DNA of 22,255 nucleotides from Deferribacterota bacterium (GCA_034189185.1 JAXHVM010000014.1:1-22255); one strand, 5' to 3'. Positions 1-8,130 are shown, counted from the first letter of the stretch. The notes: generated by a model not told the origin, from the sequence alone. Numbers and translations: made by a program.

Positions 1-1429
1 GGTAGTTACCCTCTCTTTTAATCATATATCTAAAGGCCTTATCTGTTTGATTGGCATCTGCTGGTATAATTATTCTAACATTATATAGATTTCTAAAGGC
101 ACCTATATAATCTATACATTGATGGGTTTTTCCATCTTCACCTACATCGGCTCCTACATGGGTTGTAACAACCTTTAGATTCGTATTATTTATATCATTT
201 AATCTCATCTGGTTATAGGTCTCATCAATTCCAAATACACCAAAGTCTGCAAATACAGATACTACACCATTTATACTGGTAGCTCCTGCTGTTGTTGAAG
301 TGTGGTGCTCTTGGATACCTGATTCAAAGAATATATCTGTGAATTCTTTTTTGACTTTATCTGTCTTTACAGAGCTAGCTAGGTCACAATCAAATACGAC
401 AATGGGTGTATTTTTCTTATAGTTTAGCTTTACTACATCATACAAAGCATTGCCAAAGGCTGAGCGGTTATCAATCTTTTTGTCTTTATTATAGATAATA
501 GAAGAGCCTACATCTATATTAACTGTAGACCCTTTTATTTTCTCTTTTCTCTTTTTATTTAATTTATTATACTGCTTTTCCTCTCTTAGTCTTTTATACC
601 TTTCATAGTCTATATCTAGATTCAATTCTTTAACTGCTTTAAAATATTCTTCCTCACTTAAGGGCTTACCGTGATAAACCTCTTTGTTCTCCATAAAGGA
701 GACTCCTTTGCCCATAGTTGTGTGCGCTATAATTGCTACTGGTTTATCTACTCTTTTTGACTCTTCTAATGCATTAAATATCTCATTAAGGTTATGCCCA
801 TCAATCTCTATTATATGCCAGCCTGTAGCCATATATTCTGCCTTTATATCTTGGGGCATAATATCCTCTATATTGCCACTAATCTGTAGATGGTTGTAAT
901 CGATAAAGGCTGTTATGTTATTAAAGTTATATTTTTTAATAAATCTTCTTGCCTCAATGATTTGTCCCTTTTGATTCTCTCCATCTCCCATAATGACATA
1001 TATATTAAAGGCTTTATCTAATAATTTCCCTGCTACAGCAAAACCTGCTGAAGCTGATAAGCCTTGTCCCAAGTTACCTGTTGACCACTCAATACCAGGG
1101 ACTACCCTTTCAATATGGCCTTCAAAAATACTACCTGTCTTTCTAAAACCAAGAAATACATCCTCTATATTAAAAAAACCACATCTAGCAAGAACTGAAT
1201 AGACTGCAGGGGATGTATGTCCATTAGATACTATTACCCTATCCCTATCTAAGGAATATAGATTATCTAGTGAGATATTAGCATAGTTGTAAATAGCTAA
1301 AAGCATATCAATGATAGACATTGAACCACCAGGGTGACCACTACCTGCTAGGGTTGTCATTGTTAGGATGTCGCCTCTGCAGAGGGTTTTAAGCTGCTCC
1401 AAATTCTTTACAATATTATTTAACTTCAC
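1..1429 (-). CDS. tkt: Transketolase, with N- and C-terminal sections fused in one ORF. It is truncated at its C-terminus by the window start, which is why the ORF track missed it.
   Basis: I translated the minus strand by hand from a GTG start at 1429..1427, which is preceded by an AAGGAG RBS. The translation is one uninterrupted frame to position 1. It contains the TPP-binding motifs GHPGG and GDGE(N), then the linker to the C-terminal section (..FDCDLASSVKT..HVGADVGEDGKTHQ..). Confidence 0.85.
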   Translation of the reverse strand, partial: MKLNNIVKNLEQLKTLCRGDILTMTTLAGSGHPGGSMSIIDMLLAIYNYANISLDNLYSLDRDRVIVSNGHTSPAVYSVLARCGFFNIEDVFLGFRKTGSIFEGHIERVVPGIEWSTGNLGQGLSASAGFAVAGKLLDKAFNIYVIMGDGENQKGQIIEARRFIKKYNFNNITAFIDYNHLQISGNIEDIMPQDIKAEYMATGWHIIEIDGHNLNEIFNALEESKRVDKPVAIIAHTTMGKGVSFMENKEVYHGKPLSEEEYFKAVKELNLDIDYERYKRLREEKQYNKLNKKRKEKIKGSTVNIDVGSSIIYNKDKKIDNRSAFGNALYDVVKLNYKKNTPIVVFDCDLASSVKTDKVKKEFTDIFFESGIQEHHTSTTAGATSINGVVSVFADFGVFGIDETYNQMRLNDINNTNLKVVTTHVGADVGEDGKTHQCIDYIGAFRNLYNVRIIIPADANQTDKAFRYMIKREGNY

Positions 1430-1507
1430 ATTTACTCCTTTTAGCATATTGACTTTCTAAAGCAATAGTTATAAACCTTTCTAAAGTCAATATTTAATTA
1501 TAAAATA

Positions 1508-1536
1508 TTGACAAAAATAATTATTTTAATAATATA
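1508..1536 (+). promoter_or_regulatory. Candidate sigma70-type promoter for the Mrp-like gene: TTGACA, a ~17-nt spacer, then TAATAT/AATATA.
   Basis: TTGACA sits at 1508..1513. An AT-rich -10 lies about 17 nt downstream. A GGAGG RBS at 1564..1568 lies 9 nt before the ATG at 1578. Confidence 0.3.
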
Positions 1537-1577
1537 AATAACATAAGTTCAAAATTGTTTGTTGGAGGCAAATTAAT

Positions 1578-2585
1578 ATGCAAAAATTATCGTTAGATAA
1601 AGTTTATAACATTTTAGAAAACTTTCCCTTGCTTACAGATTACACATTAAAGAACATTAACGGGCTTAGAAGTGTAGATAATAAAGATGGAAAAATAAAG
1701 GCAGTAATTGATTTACCAATTACTGAAAAAGAAAGCCTAGATTTTTTAAAAAAAGATATAGAATCATATATGAAAAAAAACAATATAGATGTGGATGTTG
1801 AATTAAATAGTAAACAAGCAAAGGAATTAAATAGTATAAAGCACTATATCGCAGTTATGAGTGGCAAAGGTGGTGTCGGCAAATCTTTTGTAAGCGGTTT
1901 ACTTACTGTATATCTTAAGAGAAATGGATATAATGTTGGTTTGTTAGATGCCGATATAACTGGACCAAGCATCCCTAAAATGTTTGGTATAAAAGGTAAC
2001 AAAACAAGGGTACTTGAAAAGGCAATATTGCCGGCATTCAGCAAAAATGATATAAAAATAATGTCTACAAATCTACTTTTACCTGAAGAAGATGATGCCG
2101 TCATTTGGAGGGGGCCTTTGATCTCTAATGTAATTACACAGTTTTTTAATGATGTGCTTTGGGGAAAGCTTGACTACCTCATTATTGATCTACCACCTGG
2201 CACTTCTGATGCGTCATTAACAGTACTTCAAACACCTCCAATCGATGGCGTTGTTATGGTTTTTACACCACAAGATCTAGCTAATATGATTGTAAGAAAA
2301 GCTGTTAATATGGTAGGAAAACTAAATAAATCAATAATAGCATTAGTTGAAAATATGAGTTATTTTGAACAAAAAGGATCCGATGAGAAAATAAATATCT
2401 TTGGTTCTAGCAAAATAGAGAAAATGAAAGAATTAACGGACTGTGAAACAGGTATTAAACTACCTCTAAATCCCAAATTTAGTGAATACGCTGACAGTGG
2501 TAACATTGAAGAATTAGATTATCCTCCCTTTGATGAATTTGCCAAAAAAATCGCTGAATTAGTAAAAAATAAAAAATATAGTTAA
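1578..2585 (+). CDS. Mrp/NBP35/ApbC-family P-loop ATPase with an N-terminal ~90-aa extension. It lacks the C-terminal CxxC pair that normally bridges the Fe-S cluster.
   Basis: It has the deviant Walker A motif SGKGGVGKS, the DADITGPS switch region, and the Mrp-like ENMSYF segment. Where the CPxC Fe-S ligands are expected, the sequence reads EQKG. An RBS is present. Confidence 0.8.
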   Translation: MQKLSLDKVYNILENFPLLTDYTLKNINGLRSVDNKDGKIKAVIDLPITEKESLDFLKKDIESYMKKNNIDVDVELNSKQAKELNSIKHYIAVMSGKGGVGKSFVSGLLTVYLKRNGYNVGLLDADITGPSIPKMFGIKGNKTRVLEKAILPAFSKNDIKIMSTNLLLPEEDDAVIWRGPLISNVITQFFNDVLWGKLDYLIIDLPPGTSDASLTVLQTPPIDGVVMVFTPQDLANMIVRKAVNMVGKLNKSIIALVENMSYFEQKGSDEKINIFGSSKIEKMKELTDCETGIKLPLNPKFSEYADSGNIEELDYPPFDEFAKKIAELVKNKKYS

Positions 2586-2619
2586 TGTTTCTATACACAT
2601 AACTACTATTTATATAATT

Positions 2620-3558
2620 ATGACAAATGTATATGGACCTGTTCCTTCACGTAGATTAGGCAAAAGCCTTGGCATTAATAATATACCCTACAAGATCTGT
2701 ACATACGCTTGTATTTATTGTCAAATTGGAAAAACTATAAAGATGCAAAATAAGAGAGAGGCCTTCTATAAACCAGAAAAACTTGTTAGTGAAGTAAAAA
2801 ATCTTTTATCTAACATTCATAATAAAGATAAGTTCCCTGATTACTTAACAATTGTTCCTGATGGTGAACCTACCTTAGATATCAATATTGGAATATTAAT
2901 TGAAAAGCTTAAAGTGTTTAATATCCCTATTGCTGTTATTACCAATGCATCATTAATTGATCAACCTGATGTTCGTGGTGATTTATCAAAGGCAGATTAT
3001 ATATCTGTAAAAATAGATAGTGTAGATAAAAATAAATGGCGTACAATAAATAGGCCTTATAAGGCATTAAATTTTTATAGCATATTAGAAGGTATTAAAA
3101 CCTTTAGATGTAGTTTTTCTGGACATCTATCTACAGAAACAATGGTAATCAAAGGGATCAACGATAAAGACGAGGACTTTATAGCATTAGCAAAGTATTT
3201 GAATGAATTAAAACCTGATACTGCCTATTTATCTATCCCAATAAGACCGCCAGCAGTAAAAACTGTAGAACCACCAGAACAAAAAGTGTTGTTGCAGGGT
3301 TTTTATACTTTATCTAAAATAATCCCTTCAGCAGCACAACTTACCTACTATGAGGGTGATTCATTCTTTTCGGCAGGCAATAGTGAAAGTGATTTATTAA
3401 GCATAACCGCAGTGCACCCTATGCGAGAAGATGCAGTAGTACAATTGCTAAACAGGAACAATGACAGCTATCAAGTTGTTGAAAAACTAATTAAACAAAA
3501 TATGATAGAAAAAATACATTATAAAAACCATTATTATTACTTAAGAAAATTTAGCTAA
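2620..3558 (+). CDS. Radical SAM protein with a CxxxCxxC motif (COG0731-like Fe-S oxidoreductase).
   Basis: The N-terminal motif GPVPSRRLGKSLGIN is followed by CTYACIYCQ. Downstream motifs are consistent with the partial TIM barrel of radical SAM enzymes. The gene is tightly linked to the genes on either side. Confidence 0.8.
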   Translation: MTNVYGPVPSRRLGKSLGINNIPYKICTYACIYCQIGKTIKMQNKREAFYKPEKLVSEVKNLLSNIHNKDKFPDYLTIVPDGEPTLDINIGILIEKLKVFNIPIAVITNASLIDQPDVRGDLSKADYISVKIDSVDKNKWRTINRPYKALNFYSILEGIKTFRCSFSGHLSTETMVIKGINDKDEDFIALAKYLNELKPDTAYLSIPIRPPAVKTVEPPEQKVLLQGFYTLSKIIPSAAQLTYYEGDSFFSAGNSESDLLSITAVHPMREDAVVQLLNRNNDSYQVVEKLIKQNMIEKIHYKNHYYYLRKFS

Positions 3559-3583
3559 TATAGCACAACAAGGAGGCATAACA

Positions 3584-4174
3584 GTGATAGATTGCTCTAG
3601 TTGTAAAAAACGCTCATGTCGTCAAGGGATGAAATGCGCCAAAGGTTATGATTTTACAAAATATAAAGAATCCTCTGCAAATGAATATAAAAATCAAGAA
3701 AATGAGAAAATTTTAAAAGTAGCTACAAGGATTGAAGCTGAACACTATATGAAATGGACAAGATTAGAAGAAATTATATCCTTTTCTAAGGGTATGGATT
3801 ATAAAAAAATTGGGATAGCAATGTGTGTTGGCTTAATTGAGGAAGCAAATACCCTACAAAAAATATTGTCAAAAAATTTTTCTGTTGTTTCCATCTGCTG
3901 CAAAAGTTGTGGTTTTGAGAAAAAAGCATATGGGCTACCCAATATAAGACCAGATAGTGTAGAAGTTACTTGCAATCCAATTGCACAAGCCCAAATCTTA
4001 AATGATGAAAAAACTAATTTAAATATTATTGTAGGTCTTTGTGTGGGGCATGACATACTATTTACAAAATACTCTAAAGCCCCTGTAACAACCTTTATAG
4101 CAAAGGATAGGGTTCTAGGTCATAATACAGCTGCTAGTTTATACTCAAGCTATTACAAACGAAAACTCTTATGA
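3584..4174 (+). CDS. DUF1847-like cysteine-rich putative metal-binding protein.
   Basis: It has a GTG start with an AGGAGG RBS at 3571..3576. The N-terminus reads CSSCKKRSCRQGMKC, and there are further Cys pairs (SICCKSCG, GLCVGHD). I assigned the family from memory of DUF1847 and ran no search. Confidence 0.55.
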   Translation: MIDCSSCKKRSCRQGMKCAKGYDFTKYKESSANEYKNQENEKILKVATRIEAEHYMKWTRLEEIISFSKGMDYKKIGIAMCVGLIEEANTLQKILSKNFSVVSICCKSCGFEKKAYGLPNIRPDSVEVTCNPIAQAQILNDEKTNLNIIVGLCVGHDILFTKYSKAPVTTFIAKDRVLGHNTAASLYSSYYKRKLL

Positions 4175-4181
4175 TTTTTTT

Positions 4182-5288
4182 TCACACACCATAAGCCTTA
4201 TAACAACTTCTACAAACATTTGGTAGGGGATATTTTTTTAGCATATTTTCATATTTTTTGCCGTATTCACCTAAGGCAGCCATAGTCAACTCCATAGGTA
4301 AAATCCTTTCTGAAGCAATAATACGATTATTAAAAGAATCTCTAAATTCTTTATAAGCCTTGCTTTCCCATATATCAGAAAGCTCATCACTATCAATATT
4401 GCCAAAGGATAGTTTTTTTATCTCCTCATATTTATCACAAAATATCCGTTTAATATTTCCTTTTACTGGCAAATTTAGATAAACACATGGGCTAACATCG
4501 CCATTGACAGTAATAAAGATAGTATCAATGGGGCTTGCTTCACACATAGGTTGCTCACTCATTTTTATAGGGAATATTTTTAACGTTATACCTAGTTTTC
4601 TTGAGACAACCTTTGCTTTGTCTAAATAACCCTGATAACTAGTATTTACTTTACTACAGTCAAATAATTTTAATTCATCTTGAATAGACGTTGGAGTATA
4701 ATCAAGGTTTGTTGCAACTAATTCTTTAATATTAAACTTCTTCATTAAAGTTAATACTTCTGGTAATTCAGAAATATTATCTTTTGTCATCATATAAGAG
4801 AATTTTATTTGGGGATATTTTAAATTATTTTTCTTTTTGGCTGCTATAAGGCAGCTAATGTTATTTAACATATCACTTAATTTTCCTCCTCTAACCAAGG
4901 AATGAGTATGATCACTTGAGCCTCCCAATGAAAAAGCTAATATATCAATATTACTTTTCAAAAGCTCAACTATCATATTGTTATCCAATAACAGACCATT
5001 AGTGGTTAAACTTACAATACTGCCTGCCCTTTTTGCAATATTAACCATTTCAATTATATCTTTATGTAGCAAGGGCTCCCCCCACCCCTGCAGATGCACA
5101 TGCTTTGTCACCGAAAAATAATCTGACAATTTCTTATAAAGAGCAAGTGGCATATCCTCTTCAACCCATTGAACAGCTTGATCACTCCTTGGGCATATCC
5201 TACATTTTAACTGACACCTTGTAGTAGGCTCAACCTGCAAACAAAAAAACTTATATTTTCTTTTCCTCTTTAAATATCTGTTTAACAC
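4182..5288 (-). CDS. Radical SAM enzyme with a C-terminal Cys-rich auxiliary-cluster domain (SPASM/twitch-like).
   Basis: Motifs present: CQLKCRIC (Cx3Cx2C), GWGEPLL (SAM glycine-rich motif), SLTTNG. The C-terminal cysteines are CEASP..SPCVY, FCDKY and CRSCYKAYGV. The gene is convergent with the DUF1847 gene, and their stop codons are only 7 bp apart. Confidence 0.8.
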   Translation of the reverse strand: MLNRYLKRKRKYKFFCLQVEPTTRCQLKCRICPRSDQAVQWVEEDMPLALYKKLSDYFSVTKHVHLQGWGEPLLHKDIIEMVNIAKRAGSIVSLTTNGLLLDNNMIVELLKSNIDILAFSLGGSSDHTHSLVRGGKLSDMLNNISCLIAAKKKNNLKYPQIKFSYMMTKDNISELPEVLTLMKKFNIKELVATNLDYTPTSIQDELKLFDCSKVNTSYQGYLDKAKVVSRKLGITLKIFPIKMSEQPMCEASPIDTIFITVNGDVSPCVYLNLPVKGNIKRIFCDKYEEIKKLSFGNIDSDELSDIWESKAYKEFRDSFNNRIIASERILPMELTMAALGEYGKKYENMLKKYPLPNVCRSCYKAYGV

Positions 5289-5729
5289 CTAATATACCCT
5301 AATAGATCTATTATTCACACAACATATAGTTAGACATAAATTAACTGTTATATATATTTATATATAACATATTTTTAGAAGTTGATCTACAATACTTTTA
5401 GGAAAAGCTGAAGAATCTCCAAGAGACTTCAAATTATAAAACCAGCTTTCAATGAGTATTTTAGTAGACTTGTTGCAGCTGCTAAGGCTATATCCATTGG
5501 CTATAGTGAAATTACTCTTATATCAAAAGCTACAGGTATTTCTCACATAGCTATGATCAAGGCTGCAAAAAAAAATCAATGAATTAAGATGAGGCGACTT
5601 AAAATCTCAAACTATCTGCAGAAAAAATGTGACAGAAAAAAGTCACAGAATAGTTATAACAATATTCGAAGACATATAGGGTCCTCATAAAATACTTTTT
5701 TCAAAGGTTAATAAACAAGGGTTAATTTC

Positions 5730-5758
5730 TTGACACCCACTCAAAAACTAAATACAAT
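5730..5758 (+). promoter_or_regulatory. Candidate promoter TTGACA-17-TACAAT for the C_GCAxxG_C_C gene, preceded by two GGTTAAT direct repeats.
   Basis: TTGACA at 5730..5735, a 17-nt spacer, and TACAAT at 5753..5758. GGTTAAT occurs at 5706..5712 and again at 5720..5726. The implied 5' UTR is about 105 nt. Confidence 0.35.
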
Positions 5759-5869
5759 AATTTTAAATGCTTTAAAAGAGACAGCTTAAATGTTACTAAA
5801 TTATTTGATAGGTATAATTAATATTTGAAACTTTTATCAATTCTTCCTGATTAAAAAGGAACTTAAAAA

Positions 5870-6382
5870 ATGGAAAAAAAAGAGATACTGGAAAAAGCTT
5901 TTGACAATGCAAAGAAACATGAGCTTGAAAGTGGGGGATGTGCACAATGCTGTCTTGCAGGTATTTTTGAAGCCCTTGGGGTTGAGGACGATGGTGTTTT
6001 TATGACGGCCACCGGCTTCGCCGATGGCATCGGTCTTACAGGAAATGGCCACTGCGGAGCGCTTTCAGGGGGCGTCATGGCAATAGGCTACTTCTTTGGA
6101 AGGCCTAAGAAAATGTTTAGTGACATGAAAAAACAGATCAAGGCATGTATACTTTCAAAAAAACTACATGATGCTTTCGTGGAAAAATACGGCACATGCC
6201 GCTGCAAAGACCTACAGGAAAAACTGGTCGGTAGGTTTTTCAATTTATACAACCCTAAAGAGATTGCGGCTGCACTTGAGGCAGGCATGCCTGAAAAATG
6301 CTCTAGCATTGTCGGTGAAACAGCTAGAATGACCGTACACATAATACTAGAAGAGCAGGACCGTGAGGCTAATATAGGCTAA
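5870..6382 (+). CDS. C_GCAxxG_C_C family putative redox protein.
   Basis: The N-terminus contains GGCAQCCLAGIFEALG, followed by GHCGALSGGVMAIGY and later the cysteines CRCKDL and EKCSS. Size is 170 aa. I assigned the family from motif memory. Confidence 0.55.
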   Translation: MEKKEILEKAFDNAKKHELESGGCAQCCLAGIFEALGVEDDGVFMTATGFADGIGLTGNGHCGALSGGVMAIGYFFGRPKKMFSDMKKQIKACILSKKLHDAFVEKYGTCRCKDLQEKLVGRFFNLYNPKEIAAALEAGMPEKCSSIVGETARMTVHIILEEQDREANIG

Positions 6383-6470
6383 TATAAAATGTGTGGCAAT
6401 TAGTAGGTATTATTACTTTTTTCCTCTTTAGTCTAAATTTTAATATTGTGATCAATAGTCTAAAGAATAT

Positions 6471-7529
6471 TTAAAGCTCCAGAAATTCTGGCCGTCTATT
6501 GCATGCCTTTAGGCCTTCCTCTATTAGTTCAAGCACCGCCTGTTTTTCTTCTGGAAATTTGTAGCCCTCATAATCGTGTGAAAAAAGGAGTCCACCCCCA
6601 GGACGTTTCCAGTAGTTTCCAACGTGGTCAAAGCACACCCTACTTGTTACATTTAGGGATTCTATAGTAAGCTTTAGTTCATGTAGTTGTTCACTGGGCG
6701 AGAGCATAACAAAACTGCCAATCTGCCAGGCTTTATACATCAGGCTTCCTGGCAGGGGATAAAAAGGCCGGCAGCGGATGTAGTGGGGATTGATTTCGTT
6801 TAAAACCCTAGCTGTTTCTAAGGCATGGTTAATTGAAAAATCCTTTCCACCTAAACCGGGCATCCAGTATTCCGACACCTCAAATCCTGCCTCAATAGCC
6901 TTTTGACCACCTTTTATGTGTCCTTCAGCAGTTACTCCCTTTTTAACGTATTTCAATAGTTCATCATATCCTGATTCGAGTCCCACATGCAATCTATCCA
7001 GGCCTGCTTGCCTTATTGCCAAAAGTTCAGAGAGCTTTTTATGCTGAAGGGTCCTTGACCTTGCATAGGATGTAACCCTCTGGATGCTTGGGAATCTGCT
7101 GTGCAGGTATTGGAGAACTTCTACAAGATCGGCTATTTTCATTATCAAGCTATCAGCGTCCTGAAGGAAAGCAGTTCTACCTCCTGAAATCAACCAATTA
7201 AAAAGCATTGCAAAGCCATGATGATAACTAAGCTCAGGATGCTTGTTAAGGAATTTAATAGCTGCATCCCTGCTTATACCATCAGCAGACCCACCCTTTT
7301 CGGAGAGTTGTCTAAGCTCATTAGATATCAATGCCATTGCATCAATATCAGCCTTGATTTCGCTGATAGATCTCAACTCAAATTTCTTAGTTTTATACAT
7401 AGCGCAAAAAGCACACCTATTCCATGGGCAGTTGCGTGTTAAGCGAATAAGTAGTGAGTTACTACCCCCTTCGCTTGGAGGCCTATAAATTCCTACTTCA
7501 AACCTATATTGCGCTAAATCCTCCGGCAT
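6471..7529 (-). CDS. Radical-SAM-fold protein with a non-canonical cluster motif, Cx4Cx2C.
   Basis: The N-terminus reads YRPPSEGG..IRLTRNCPWNRCAFCAMYK, and the Cys spacing is 4 and 2 rather than the usual 3 and 2. Downstream are FLQDADSL (GGE-like), VTSYARS and LHVGLESG motifs typical of the radical SAM core. Confidence 0.6.
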   Translation of the reverse strand: MPEDLAQYRFEVGIYRPPSEGGSNSLLIRLTRNCPWNRCAFCAMYKTKKFELRSISEIKADIDAMALISNELRQLSEKGGSADGISRDAAIKFLNKHPELSYHHGFAMLFNWLISGGRTAFLQDADSLIMKIADLVEVLQYLHSRFPSIQRVTSYARSRTLQHKKLSELLAIRQAGLDRLHVGLESGYDELLKYVKKGVTAEGHIKGGQKAIEAGFEVSEYWMPGLGGKDFSINHALETARVLNEINPHYIRCRPFYPLPGSLMYKAWQIGSFVMLSPSEQLHELKLTIESLNVTSRVCFDHVGNYWKRPGGGLLFSHDYEGYKFPEEKQAVLELIEEGLKACNRRPEFLEL

Positions 7530-7648
7530 ACAGCTATTCCTTTCTTCTATTTTAAAATATTAAGAAAAAATTTCCACCCAATCATGAATAACAATTTAAC
7601 ATAGTAGGTTAACAATTTTTATGCACCAAACTGATGCAATTAACTTGC

Positions 7649-7822
7649 TCAAGTAAAACTACTATTTACACAACTACTACCTGTCGATGCGCTAAAAGCA
7701 GACATTAATTTTTTTACATTTTTACTTTTACATTTTGGACACTCAATTAAATCATCTTTTTTCATAACAATTTTACTAAACTTTTCACCACATTCATTAC
7801 ATTTAAATTCATAGATTGGCAT
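7649..7822 (-). CDS. FmdB-family zinc-ribbon protein, 57 aa. It is not in the ORF track because it is below the size cutoff.
   Basis: The minus-strand ATG at 7822..7820 is preceded by GGAGGG. The translation is MPIYEFKCNECGEKFSKIVMKKDDLIECPKCKSKNVKKLMSAFSASTGSSCVNSSFT, with TGA at 7651..7649. It shows the classic MPIYE(F/Y)xCxxCG...CPxC signature. Confidence 0.7.
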   Translation of the reverse strand: MPIYEFKCNECGEKFSKIVMKKDDLIECPKCKSKNVKKLMSAFSASTGSSCVNSSFT

Positions 7823-8130
7823 AAGCCCTCCTTCTCTCTTTAAGATTCTATATGAAAACTAAAATCTATTAAAAAAATTATATATTTATTGACAGAAAGC
7901 AATAAAATTATTAACATATGTTTATATGAAAATTATTTTCATTATTATATTTTTATTTTTAATCCTTTTATTAACAAGAATTTTTACACACATACTATTA
8001 AATTTAAACAGGTATGTTCAAAGATATAGTAATTTAACCAATAGTTTATTCTTTAACCTAGATTTTTCATTATTAAAAACATCTAATATTATAAGCTTTT
8101 TTTACCAAAAAAATACCGTTGGGGGTTTCT

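Noticed and set aside
684-1202. Track ORFs 684..899 (+) and 993..1202 (+).
   Set aside because: Both lie antisense inside the continuous, well-conserved minus-strand transketolase frame. Their translations are low-complexity with no motifs.
1844-2104. Antisense ORF inside the Mrp-like gene. Similar antisense ORFs occur at 3799..4056, 5837..6078, 6088..6342, 7218..7488, 10987..11175, 15188..15376, 16114..16317, 17561..17752, 18519..18866 and 21426..21737.
   Set aside because: Each is embedded in the opposite strand of a gene with strong motif support. None has an RBS or recognisable motifs. They are typical shadow ORFs.
4182-5288. RiPP biosynthetic cluster with the radical SAM/SPASM enzyme as peptide maturase.
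   Set aside because: I scanned all intergenic gaps from 1430 to 5870 and from 6383 to 8130 for short precursor-like ORFs with an RBS. The only one found is the FmdB zinc-ribbon protein, whose sequence is a normal family member, not a leader-core peptide. I therefore favour a protein- or cofactor-directed function.
5347-5368. The (TA)n-rich palindrome read as a CRISPR or other repeat array.
   Set aside because: It is a single 22-nt palindrome. There are no repeated unit-spacer structures anywhere in the window.
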